DNA from: Nanobdellota archaeon
GTDB lineage: Archaea; Nanobdellota; Nanobdellia; Woesearchaeales; GCA-2686295
Assembly (NCBI GenBank): GCA_018819065.1
Contig: JAHJQL010000062.1
Location: forward strand, 1 to 56,488
Direction: 5' to 3'
Length of the DNA: 56,488 nt
The notes under the pieces were generated by a model, which was not told the origin of the DNA, searched no databases, and was given only the letters and a program-made list of their open reading frames with translations. The translations under genes and the position numbers were made by a program. Below, piece by piece: positions 38,925 through 47,620 of this stretch. The first letter of the stretch is position 1. Each line of letters starts with the position of its first letter.

Positions 38925-39404
38925 ATGAGAAAAGGACAGATACACCAAGTGTTCATCTACATACTAACTATAATCGTTGTTGGCTTGATACTCTTGATTG
39001 GTTACAAGTCTTTTGGCGGGATAATGAAGAAGGGCTGCGACGTTGAAAAAGCAACTTTTAAATCAACGCTTGAATCTTACATCTCAAAGTACAGCAGTTA
39101 CGGCTCTTTTCACATGGAACCATTAAAAGCTCCTTGTGCTTATCAGCAGATATGCTTTGTCAGCAGCGAAAAGATAGGAGACTCAGGGTTTGATAGCTCA
39201 AACGAAATCATCAAAAGTAGTGTAAAAGAAAGTATTAAAAATAATATTTTCATAGTCAAGGATGTCACAGACGCGATAGGTTTTAATGAAAAAATAGTCG
39301 TTGATAACACAGGCGGAATTGTTTGTATAAATAATACTAATGGTTATTTCAGGGTTAATTTTGAAGGCCTTGGAAGAAACGTATCGATTTCTGGTGTTAG
39401 CTAA
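38925..39404 (+). CDS. class III signal peptide (type IV pilin-like) protein
   Basis: 159 aa. MRKGQ-IHQVFIYILTIIVVGLILLIGY. Confidence 0.75.
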   Translation: MRKGQIHQVFIYILTIIVVGLILLIGYKSFGGIMKKGCDVEKATFKSTLESYISKYSSYGSFHMEPLKAPCAYQQICFVSSEKIGDSGFDSSNEIIKSSVKESIKNNIFIVKDVTDAIGFNEKIVVDNTGGIVCINNTNGYFRVNFEGLGRNVSISGVS

Positions 39405-39405
39405 A

Positions 39406-40404
39406 GTGAAAAAAGGACAGATAGAAATACAGTTTAACTGGATATTTATATTCATAGTTGGAGTTATAATACTAATATTCTTCTTATTCGTGATTAGGTC
39501 TCAGACTAAAAGCGCAGACATTGAATTAGCAGGTGACATTATAAAGAATTTAGACACTGTTGTTAAGAGTGCCCAGACGACTGTTGATGCTGAAAAAATT
39601 ATTGCTATGCCAAACGTTAAGATATCATTTATCTGCGAGCCAGACACAAACATTTCTTTTTACGACCTTGGAAACGGGGTAAAAAAAGATACTCCTTACG
39701 ACATCATTTTTTCTCAAGAAAAACTCTCAGGATACGAGCTTATAAGCTGGACTCAAAGCTGGGACGTGCCTTTTAGAATTGCTACTTTTCAATACTTAAC
39801 AACAAAGAGAGCACAGTTTATCATAGTCAACGACACAGGCACTTTTGCCGAAGAACTAAACAAGTCACTTCCAAAAGGGATGAACAAATTATTCATCAAC
39901 CCAAACGACAACATAGTTGATAACAATTATGATTATTATAAAATAATAGAGTTTGACGGGTCCAAACACACTGGAGACAAACCGACTAAAAATGTTCACA
40001 AAATAATCATACATATTAATTCTGGACAAAGCACGATAGACTCTTATGGAACCGTGAAATTCGATGAACCAGACGTCCCAATAATAAACTTTGTCAAAAA
40101 AGCTTCTTTGTTTGGAGCAATATTCTCAGAGGACGCAGACTTTTACAACTGCACCATGAACAAGGCCTTTGACCGCTTTGAGATTTTAATGAAACTTCAG
40201 CATAACAGAACTGGAGAAATCAAAGACAAGTTACCAGCCGAAATGGCATCTTGCAGGAATATTTTTATTGTTAGTGGGAGTGATATGGACAGTTTATCAT
40301 CAAAAAAATTAGTTGATGCTGCAAACATATTTGAAGGCTCAAAAAAGATAATGCGAGCCAATGAAAACCTAATCAGAGGGAAGAACTGTCCTTTGATATA
40401 CTAA
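39406..40404 (+). CDS. class III signal peptide (pilin-like) protein
   Basis: A GTG start at 39406, 2 nt after the previous stop, gives (M)KKGQ-IEIQFNWIFIFIVGVIILIFFLFVI. The ORF-track start at 39340 overlaps the previous gene and lacks a signal. Confidence 0.7.
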   Translation: MKKGQIEIQFNWIFIFIVGVIILIFFLFVIRSQTKSADIELAGDIIKNLDTVVKSAQTTVDAEKIIAMPNVKISFICEPDTNISFYDLGNGVKKDTPYDIIFSQEKLSGYELISWTQSWDVPFRIATFQYLTTKRAQFIIVNDTGTFAEELNKSLPKGMNKLFINPNDNIVDNNYDYYKIIEFDGSKHTGDKPTKNVHKIIIHINSGQSTIDSYGTVKFDEPDVPIINFVKKASLFGAIFSEDADFYNCTMNKAFDRFEILMKLQHNRTGEIKDKLPAEMASCRNIFIVSGSDMDSLSSKKLVDAANIFEGSKKIMRANENLIRGKNCPLIY

Positions 40405-40407
40405 ACT

Positions 40408-40896
40408 ATGAAAAAGAAAGCTCAGATGCAGATGGGAGAATCAATAGCGATAATAGTTATAGTTCTTCTTTTAATAGTCGGCAGCATGGTCTTCTACGCC
40501 AAGATAAAAGCAGCGTCAATTGGTGAGAAGAAATCATTGTTTCAAGAGCTTGACGTGATCAAACTGTCGCAAGTAGCATACGGCCTCTCAGAGGTTCAGT
40601 GCTCGTTTGCAGAAGTAAGTGATTATGGCTGCATTGACATCTTAAAGTTTACATACCTCTCAAACTTGATAAACACTAGCTCTGGTAAGACTTATTTTTA
40701 TTACAGGGAGTTGTTTGGAACCTCAAAAATCTACCTTAAGAGCATCAACAACACTGGAGGAGTGACTTATTATGAGCTTTATCATAACAAGAGGAACTCA
40801 ACAGGCAATTCAAGCACTTTCATGCCAACAATAATATACAACCCAATAACTGGGCATAACACTTTTGGGATTTTAACAGTTGTTAAATATGACTAG
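40408..40896 (+). CDS. class III signal peptide (pilin-like) protein
   Basis: 162 aa. MKKKAQMQMGESIAIIVIVLLLIVGSMVFY (KA-Q variant). Confidence 0.7.
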   Translation: MKKKAQMQMGESIAIIVIVLLLIVGSMVFYAKIKAASIGEKKSLFQELDVIKLSQVAYGLSEVQCSFAEVSDYGCIDILKFTYLSNLINTSSGKTYFYYRELFGTSKIYLKSINNTGGVTYYELYHNKRNSTGNSSTFMPTIIYNPITGHNTFGILTVVKYD

Positions 40897-41371
40897 GAAA
40901 AAAGGACAAATGGAGATAATGGGATTAATAGTTATAGTGGTATTGTTAGCGCTTTCAATGTTCTTCGTTGTGATATTTAAAACTACTCAGCCAAAAAAGG
41001 AGATTCAAAAGTCTTTTAGCGATGATCAACTAGCATCAAAGTTTCTTATAACAACATTAAAAACTAGCGCTGGTTGTCGGGATTACACGATTGAAAGCTT
41101 AATACAGGACTGCGCCACTGACAGGAGGATAAGTTGCAACGGCGTTGACTCCTGTGAGTTTGTCAAGAACACCACAAAAGTATTTGTCAATGAAACGTTT
41201 GTCAAGTATAATAGCAAGTACAACTTCACGATAGAAAACCTTCCAACTGTAAACATTACATTCTCCGATTCCTGCAGTCCAAAAAACATTAACCGAGACC
41301 TCGCATGGCAGCCACTAACACTCTACCCCCACCATGGAACTGTCATTGTAAAGATATACATCTGCAAATAA
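40889..41371 (+). CDS. class III signal peptide (pilin-like) protein
   Basis: ATG at 40889 gives MTRKKGQ-MEIMGLIVIVVLLALSMFFVVIF. It overlaps the previous stop by 8 nt. Confidence 0.75.
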   Translation: MTRKKGQMEIMGLIVIVVLLALSMFFVVIFKTTQPKKEIQKSFSDDQLASKFLITTLKTSAGCRDYTIESLIQDCATDRRISCNGVDSCEFVKNTTKVFVNETFVKYNSKYNFTIENLPTVNITFSDSCSPKNINRDLAWQPLTLYPHHGTVIVKIYICK

Positions 41372-41419
41372 AAATTTTTGCGAAACTTTTTTATAATCAA
41401 GAACACAAAGTTTTTCTAC

Positions 41420-41527
41420 ATGGGCGAAGCAATTTTAGAATCATTTAAGACTTACTTAGTTGTTGCAGCAATGATTCTCTTGCTACTGTTCATAGTAGTT
41501 TTTGGAATTTTAAGGAGGGGTTTTTGA
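41420..41527 (+). CDS. small single-TM protein (35 aa), hypothetical
   Basis: MGEAILESFKTYLVVAAMILLLLFIVVFGILRRGF*. A TATA-like TTTTTATAAT lies about 28 nt upstream. The stop overlaps the next ATG (TGATG). It is below the ORF-track cut-off. Confidence 0.4.
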   Translation: MGEAILESFKTYLVVAAMILLLLFIVVFGILRRGF

Positions 41528-42372
41528 TGAATAAAAAAGGAATGAGCCAGGCGGTACTGCTTTTTTTTATAATAATACTAGTCTCAGCGGTTGTTATCTT
41601 TATATTTGTAGGTCAACTTCAAGGAGCAGTTCATAAAGGCAACAGAGGTGCGTCTTGCTTGACTTCAATGACTCTAAGAAGCCATACAACATCAGAAGAC
41701 TTACTTGTTAGAACATTTGAGGGAACAAATGAGTTCTGCCCAAAATATCAAGTCACTTTTTATAAAAAATACGCGGAGATAAAATTAAAAGACAAGACTT
41801 TTGACAAGATAAAATATGATGAACTAACAAGTGAGAAAGTAAACGAGATAATTGCTGAAGAAATGAGGTATTGCTGGGCACAGTTTGGAGGTGGAAAACT
41901 AGATGCTTTTTGGCTTCCTGAAACAATCTTTCAAAAATATGTTCCGTTCTTTGGAAAAGCATCAAACGATGCCATTGGTTGCAGAGTTTGCTCTGAAATA
42001 AGTTTAGTTTTAGAAGATGTAAATACTAAAAGTAATTTTACAGGTTTGAGACAATACTTAAAAAAACATGATATAACAAAAAAGATACAAAAAGAAGGTG
42101 AAAAAGGAACATACTACTCATACCTTGCAGAGCACGAGCAAGGATGTGGAGATTATGTTGGTGGAGAAAACTGCTGGGAAGAATTCGCTAAGGATGATGA
42201 AGTAATGATAAACACAAGCTTAAGCATAGATCCAAACGAAGCATATCTTGTTGTTTTTATCAGAAAAAACATAAAACAGAACGAAGGCGTGATGAACACA
42301 TATCTAATATCACAAGATTTGATGGATTGGTATAATGAAGAAGAAACCTGTAAGCCATTGCCGTTCATCTAA
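41527..42372 (+). CDS. class III signal peptide (pilin-like) protein, paralog of 42377..43249
   Basis: MNKKGM-SQAVLLFFIIILVSAVVIFIFV. It shares MR.CW..., C..C and FT... blocks with the next ORF. Confidence 0.7.
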   Translation: MNKKGMSQAVLLFFIIILVSAVVIFIFVGQLQGAVHKGNRGASCLTSMTLRSHTTSEDLLVRTFEGTNEFCPKYQVTFYKKYAEIKLKDKTFDKIKYDELTSEKVNEIIAEEMRYCWAQFGGGKLDAFWLPETIFQKYVPFFGKASNDAIGCRVCSEISLVLEDVNTKSNFTGLRQYLKKHDITKKIQKEGEKGTYYSYLAEHEQGCGDYVGGENCWEEFAKDDEVMINTSLSIDPNEAYLVVFIRKNIKQNEGVMNTYLISQDLMDWYNEEETCKPLPFI

Positions 42373-42376
42373 GAAA

Positions 42377-43249
42377 ATGAGAAAAGGAACGCTGCTTCAA
42401 GAATACAACTTAGGAGTTATTCTTCTAGTAGTCACAATTTTAGTAATAATAATATTCTTCACAGCAACAGCCAAGCAAACAGATAAATCAATAGAAGAAA
42501 GCGAATGCCACAAACAAGTAGTTGCTCATGTCCAAGCATTAAAACTCTCAAACAGTGAGTATGCAACAGAGATTAAATGCCCGATAATATTTGAAACCTT
42601 AAAAGAAAAAAAGGAAAAAGAGATAAAACAAGCGCTTGCAGAGAGGATGAGGAAGTGCTGGTATAACTGGCAGGAAGGAAATGCAAATTTATTCACAGGA
42701 AAAGGGGTTTACTGTCATCCTTGCTATATTCTTAATTTTGAACATGATAACGTTGAAATCAAAGACTTCACAAAGTTCCTCATAGAAACGACCGTGCCCA
42801 ACAAAGATTATAAATACATACAATACTTAACAGGCACAACAAACAATGAAGATTTCAAAGCAGAAAAACTGTCACAAAATCCCAAAATAAGAAGTTCAAC
42901 ATCTGATTTTAACACAAAAACTTCGAAAGTAATCTTGTTTTATTACATCAAAGATTCTGATAAGATAAAAGAATTTTGGGGAACAGCGAAAAGTACTTTT
43001 GAAGGAGCAGCAATAGGCACTGTAGGGGGTGCTGTTCTTGGTGGTGTTGCTGGATCAGTCTTTGGACCAGCAGGTATTGTTGTTGGTGTAAAAATTGGCG
43101 CAACAGTAGGAGCACTCGCAGGAGCATTCATAGCCGGAACATTTGCCGATGATTATCCATTGTGGTTATCCTATGTTTTATTAAGAGAATACAACGAAGA
43201 TAAATTAAAAGAACTAGGCTGTGAAACTGCTCCCGCAAAACAAAATTAA
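42377..43249 (+). CDS. class III signal peptide (pilin-like) protein with C-terminal glycine-zipper segment
   Basis: The internal ATG at 42377 gives MRKGT-LLQEYNLGVILLVVTILVIIIFF. The C-terminal segment is GAAIGTVGGAVLGGVAGSVFGPAGIVVGVKIGATVGALAGAFIAGTF (about 42995-43140). Confidence 0.7.
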   Translation: MRKGTLLQEYNLGVILLVVTILVIIIFFTATAKQTDKSIEESECHKQVVAHVQALKLSNSEYATEIKCPIIFETLKEKKEKEIKQALAERMRKCWYNWQEGNANLFTGKGVYCHPCYILNFEHDNVEIKDFTKFLIETTVPNKDYKYIQYLTGTTNNEDFKAEKLSQNPKIRSSTSDFNTKTSKVILFYYIKDSDKIKEFWGTAKSTFEGAAIGTVGGAVLGGVAGSVFGPAGIVVGVKIGATVGALAGAFIAGTFADDYPLWLSYVLLREYNEDKLKELGCETAPAKQN

Positions 43250-43280
43250 TAAATAGAAGGAAACAAATTTGATTTAAGTT

Positions 43281-43430
43281 ATGACTAAAAAAATGTTTAA
43301 TAAGAAAGGTGAAGAAATTTCAGAATTAATGAAGTGGTTGCTATTTATAGTCATTTTAGTGACGTTAGTACTTATAATTTGGATGACACAAAAAGGTTTA
43401 TCAATTAAAAGTATATTTCCGTTTTTTTAA
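43281..43430 (+). CDS. mini class III signal-only ORF (49 aa)
   Basis: MTKKMFNKKGE-EISELMKWLLFIVILVTLVLIIW... It shares the MFNKKG start with the ORF at 44139 and is below the ORF-track cut-off. Confidence 0.4.
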   Translation: MTKKMFNKKGEEISELMKWLLFIVILVTLVLIIWMTQKGLSIKSIFPFF

Positions 43431-43431
43431 G

Positions 43432-44052
43432 ATGAAAAAAGGACAAATAAATAAGTTGGGAAAAATTTTGTTGGCACTTGCACTTTTAATAATTATAATT
43501 ATTGCCGTAGTTTTAAAACTACCATCTATTGTCAAAGGTATAAAAGAGATGACTGATTCAAACAAGCCAAAAGAGTTATCAACAGATTGTGAAAATGAAG
43601 CCTTAGCATTGCCTGAACAGATAGAAGGCTGTTTTGACTCAGGAAGCTACGATTTAGCAGTTGAAAAAGCGGAAAAATTCCTAAAAGAGAATCCAGATGA
43701 TAAAACAATTGTCGCTGCAAAGATGCACAACTTCATTTCTTGGTCATACATTGAAATGGATACTGCTAAATACGGCGAAAAAATCATGAAGAACGCTAAA
43801 AAAGCAAAAGAGTTATCATATGATTTAAATGAAGAAGGTACAAGTGAATATATACGTGCTTTAGAAGCTATTTTAGAGTATAGTTATAGAGAATTTAAAA
43901 AATTAAAACCAGCACTTAAAGTTAATAAACCAAGAGGAATTTTTAGATCTTACTGGCAAAGTTATAAAGAAATGTATAGAACTCAAGCAACCCCTTATGA
44001 TCAAAAAAATTTAGAAACACAAAAAGATTTGGACAAGTCTTTAAACCCATAA
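43432..44052 (+). CDS. class III signal peptide (pilin-like) protein with helical (TPR-like?) body
   Basis: 206 aa. MKKGQ-INKLGKILLALALLIIIIIAVV. The remainder is predicted helical by eye. Confidence 0.65.
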   Translation: MKKGQINKLGKILLALALLIIIIIAVVLKLPSIVKGIKEMTDSNKPKELSTDCENEALALPEQIEGCFDSGSYDLAVEKAEKFLKENPDDKTIVAAKMHNFISWSYIEMDTAKYGEKIMKNAKKAKELSYDLNEEGTSEYIRALEAILEYSYREFKKLKPALKVNKPRGIFRSYWQSYKEMYRTQATPYDQKNLETQKDLDKSLNP

Positions 44053-44138
44053 AACCTCAGCCATACTTGAAATTTACAAAAAATTTATATAGTAATTACT
44101 CCATTTTTTAATAAGCTTAATATGAGGTGTTAATGAAA

Positions 44139-44396
44139 ATGTTTAATAAAAAAGGTCAAGGAATAAGTATTAACGTGATTATAATTGCAGCAATAGCACT
44201 TCTGGTCCTGGTAATTTTATCAGTTCTTTTGATTAGAAGTGGAGGAAACGTTGTTACAGGAACATCATGTGCAGGTGTAGGTGGAACTTGCAGTTCTTCA
44301 TGCTCAGATTTATCTGAAGGAACAAAGATATACTCCCCACATCCAACCGCGAAATGCACAGATTCCAACGATAAATGTTGCATAATCCTTGGATAA
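44139..44396 (+). CDS. mini-pilin with 6-Cys C-terminal knot (array member 1)
   Basis: GAGGTG Shine-Dalgarno-like element 9 nt upstream. MFNKKGQ-GISINVIIIAAIALLVLVILSVLLI. Head is C-x6-C-x3-C-x17-C-x6-CC. Confidence 0.75.
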   Translation: MFNKKGQGISINVIIIAAIALLVLVILSVLLIRSGGNVVTGTSCAGVGGTCSSSCSDLSEGTKIYSPHPTAKCTDSNDKCCIILG

Positions 44397-44400
44397 AAAA

Positions 44401-44658
44401 ATGATTAAAAACAAAAAAGGAGACATAAGCATCAGCGTCATAATCATGATTGCAATAGGCCTTTTAGTGTTGATAGTGATTGCAATTCTGATATTTAGGT
44501 CTGGTCAAAGCGCATCAAGTGGAACTAGTTGCATATCAAAAGGTGGCGTTTGCAAGCAAACCTGTGAGGTTGGCCACGCCATAGGCACCGCTGGAATGTA
44601 TGGTTGTAACACTGAGACTTGCTGTAGCCCGGTAAAAAGGGATGATTGGGGAACATAA
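44401..44658 (+). CDS. mini-pilin with 6-Cys C-terminal knot (array member 2)
   Basis: MIKNKKGD-ISISVIIMIAIGLLVLIVIAILIF. Head is C-x6-C-x3-C-x13-C-x4-CC. Confidence 0.75.
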   Translation: MIKNKKGDISISVIIMIAIGLLVLIVIAILIFRSGQSASSGTSCISKGGVCKQTCEVGHAIGTAGMYGCNTETCCSPVKRDDWGT

Positions 44659-44915
44659 TGTATAAAAAAGGCGAAATATCAACTTCAACAATGATATACA
44701 TAGGTTTAGGACTCCTAGTATTAATACTAGGGGCTATAATGATTTCAAAAGCTTATAGAAACAGTCAACAAGTAAACAGCAACTGTGGTCTCGTAGATAA
44801 AAACTCTAAATGTCAACCACAGAAATGTCCAGAAGATCAATCAGCAATAGGATTTTGCCCTGACAAATCATCATCACCAGAAGAAAAATATTATTGTTGT
44901 AAAACTAGTGGTTGA
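44658..44915 (+). CDS. mini-pilin with 6-Cys C-terminal knot (array member 3)
   Basis: MYKKGE-ISTSTMIYIGLGLLVLILGAIMI. Head is C-x8-C-x4-C-x9-C-x12-CC. The start overlaps the previous stop (TAATG). Confidence 0.75.
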   Translation: MYKKGEISTSTMIYIGLGLLVLILGAIMISKAYRNSQQVNSNCGLVDKNSKCQPQKCPEDQSAIGFCPDKSSSPEEKYYCCKTSG

Positions 44916-44916
44916 A

Positions 44917-45216
44917 ATGGTTAAAACTAATAAAAAAGGACTAACAATGGACATGTTTGGAAAAGTTGTGCTTATGGTCATTGTAGTTCTTGTTGGAATA
45001 GCTATAGCATTAAAGATAGGTCCCACAGTATCTAAAGGAGAGGAAACTTTTTCTTGTGGCAACACTGGTAATATGTCTAATGGGACTTGTGTAGAAAACA
45101 AAGCCAAATGCCAAGAATTAGGAGGCTTCTCCAGAGGACTTGACAAGGGTTGTAGCAGTTCAACTAAAACAGACGACCCACAGAAACCTTACTGTTGTGA
45201 AATACCTAAATCATGA
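44917..45216 (+). CDS. mini-pilin with 6-Cys C-terminal knot (array member 4)
   Basis: MVKTNKKGL-TMDMFGKVVLMVIVVLVGIAIAL. Head is C-x10-C-x6-C-x13-C-x13-CC. Confidence 0.7.
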   Translation: MVKTNKKGLTMDMFGKVVLMVIVVLVGIAIALKIGPTVSKGEETFSCGNTGNMSNGTCVENKAKCQELGGFSRGLDKGCSSSTKTDDPQKPYCCEIPKS

Positions 45217-46691
45217 TGAAAAAAGGCGAAATTAGTCTTCTGGTAACACTTACAATCACAGTCATATTTTTAATACTAGTTTTCATCGTGACGTTAAAGT
45301 TAATCGGACCATTGCTTTGGAATGAAAAAAACAGCGTGTCTTACGAGAACTATAAACTATTAACAACAGCAGTAGAAAGTGTGACGAAGTCAAAGATGAA
45401 TACTTCAATGCAAAAAATGGTTCTTCAATTAGAGCCAGGATTTGACATAATAGCATTTGACCCTGGAGAGGGTAAGATAAAAACAGACATACCAAAGTGG
45501 CTGGTTTTTAAAGAAGCATCACGTGATAGACCTGATGAATGTGAAACAAATAAAGGTTGTCTATGCATATATAAAGGTGGATCGGTTATTGAATGCAAAA
45601 GCTTTGAAAAAACTTATTTTTTTAGTGAACTTAATAGTGATATGATTAGTCAAAGTATGGGAGAAGAAAAAAAAACTCACACTCTTAGTTCTTATAAATA
45701 TGAAGGAATCATGTTTTTTGGAGATTTAGAATTAGCATTATTAGCAATAATATCTGTTGATTCAACTCTTTTTGGTGTTCAACCAATGTATGTAGAGAAT
45801 TACAGGGATAAAGGCAATAATTACGTGTTGATTTCTAATCTCAACAACAAGCTCTTAAAAAGATTTAAGATGATTAGTAAATGCCCAACAGATAAGTCTG
45901 ATGGAGGCTGTAATAAATATCAGCATTATGATGAAGTATTTAACTTAACAGATAGTAATGGTAAGATTGATTATTTTGTTTGTAAATTCAATGAGAAGAG
46001 TGAAAAATGTGTGAATAAAAGCATAGAACTATGCGCACCTGGAATGATAGATTGGGAGTGTGCGTGTGGAGATACTGCTTATGAATTTGGAATGTGTATT
46101 AATGAAGGGTATTATGATGCAGATATTAGCAGTGAGTACTGTTTCATAAACAAGTTTGATGAATCGTCTACTTGTAAAACTTATGAAGATGGATCTGATG
46201 CTGAGCAAAATAAGTATGCATGTACATTCAACCGTTGTGGTGTTAAAGATAAGTGTTATTGGAACAATGATGATTGTGAAGCTTGTGAGCAGACTTGTTT
46301 GTGCAAAGACTATGGGGGTAAAGATGGTTGGATTAGATTCATTGATCCATGCGACTGTGACAAAGACAAAAAACCCCTCGACACAGATGACTGTTTAAAT
46401 TGTCAAAACGAAATAAAGAAAGACTGTAAGAACTACCTTTCAGAAAATCAATGCATAAAAAATGGGTGTTTCGTAAGCGTTATATATTCAAACCAACAAA
46501 CCGGATCAACACCGTCTATCAAAGGTTGTATACCTGAATATTCAGGAAATGAATATAAACAGTGTGTCAATTGTTTGGAAAGTTGTGATTGTAAAGATTA
46601 TGTTAACGCAAAAATGAAGATGTTAGATCTTTGTGATTGTGACAAGGATAGACTAATAGGTGAATCTGAAACAGCAGATGGATGTCAGTAA
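45213..46691 (+). CDS. class III signal peptide (pilin-like) protein with Cys-rich C-terminal half
   Basis: 492 aa. MMKKGE-ISLLVTLTITVIFLILVFIV. The C-terminal ~200 aa have many Cys, including two C.CKDY...D.CDCDKD units. Confidence 0.75.
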   Translation: MMKKGEISLLVTLTITVIFLILVFIVTLKLIGPLLWNEKNSVSYENYKLLTTAVESVTKSKMNTSMQKMVLQLEPGFDIIAFDPGEGKIKTDIPKWLVFKEASRDRPDECETNKGCLCIYKGGSVIECKSFEKTYFFSELNSDMISQSMGEEKKTHTLSSYKYEGIMFFGDLELALLAIISVDSTLFGVQPMYVENYRDKGNNYVLISNLNNKLLKRFKMISKCPTDKSDGGCNKYQHYDEVFNLTDSNGKIDYFVCKFNEKSEKCVNKSIELCAPGMIDWECACGDTAYEFGMCINEGYYDADISSEYCFINKFDESSTCKTYEDGSDAEQNKYACTFNRCGVKDKCYWNNDDCEACEQTCLCKDYGGKDGWIRFIDPCDCDKDKKPLDTDDCLNCQNEIKKDCKNYLSENQCIKNGCFVSVIYSNQQTGSTPSIKGCIPEYSGNEYKQCVNCLESCDCKDYVNAKMKMLDLCDCDKDRLIGESETADGCQ

Positions 46692-46747
46692 TTAGTTAAA
46701 TGTTCTTTTCAAAAATTATTTAAACCTTTATATCAACTTTTTTGTTC

Positions 46748-47620
46748 ATGAATAAAAGAGGAGATGAAAAGCTTAGCAAAAAGCTTACTTTCTACGCATT
46801 CATATTTATATTGGTTGCAATAGTTATACTGTCAGTCTTTAGGTTTATAGGAAACACGCTAGACGACACCACTTTTTGGCGTGGATACTATGCCAAGGAT
46901 GCTGGTTTAATGATTAGTGCTGGTGAAACTGGAAGAGGTGTTTTTGAGCTTAGTTATAACACAAAAAAAGCTGAGAAACCACTCGTTTTCAATCTTAAAA
47001 TTAATAACGAAGTTGAAATCTATGATCACGACCCAAATGCAAAGACTAAACAAAGCTCCACATTCAAGTTCATAGGTGATAAAAAAATAAAAATTGAGCC
47101 TGCGGAGATAATATCAACTTTCTTCAACATATATATTGATGATAAAAAAGTCAACGCCAGCAAAGAAGCAATTAAAAAAGATAGTTGCCCATCCATAGAT
47201 ACAAAAGCAACCCTGATTAGCAATATAAAAATATATGTTGATTCAGATGACAAATTTAAAAATTTTGAAAACTTGTTAATTAATGATTTAAAAATAAGTG
47301 GATTTAAGATTGCAAACAGTAAATATGAGAGTGATATAGATTTAGCATTAATTTTGGCTAATAGTTCAACAAACACTCTATCATTTTTTTATGAACACAC
47401 TCCCAGGAAGAGCGAGAAGATAAGTTGCATCATAAAAAATAAACTGGTTGAAAAATACCCTGACAAATATTCTTATTACAAGATTAACAAGATAGATTAT
47501 AACTCGAAGTGGTGGTTTGCACTCTCAAAATCAAATGTCGGGTTGGTGTTTGAAATCAACGAATTGACTGACGACGCGATTTTATTAATTGGAGACTCGG
47601 TGGAGGAATATTATGGATGA
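46748..47620 (+). CDS. N-terminally anchored protein, weak class III-like signal
   Basis: MNKRGD-EKLSKKLTFYAFIFILVAIVILSVF. TATA-like TTATTTAAA about 30 nt upstream. Confidence 0.6.
   Translation: MNKRGDEKLSKKLTFYAFIFILVAIVILSVFRFIGNTLDDTTFWRGYYAKDAGLMISAGETGRGVFELSYNTKKAEKPLVFNLKINNEVEIYDHDPNAKTKQSSTFKFIGDKKIKIEPAEIISTFFNIYIDDKKVNASKEAIKKDSCPSIDTKATLISNIKIYVDSDDKFKNFENLLINDLKISGFKIANSKYESDIDLALILANSSTNTLSFFYEHTPRKSEKISCIIKNKLVEKYPDKYSYYKINKIDYNSKWWFALSKSNVGLVFEINELTDDAILLIGDSVEEYYG

Noticed and set aside
44139-45216. True homology of the mini-pilin heads to animal beta-defensins
   Set aside because: Only the Cys order and approximate spacing match. The loops are longer and unrelated in sequence. 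It is kept as a pattern observation, not a homology call.
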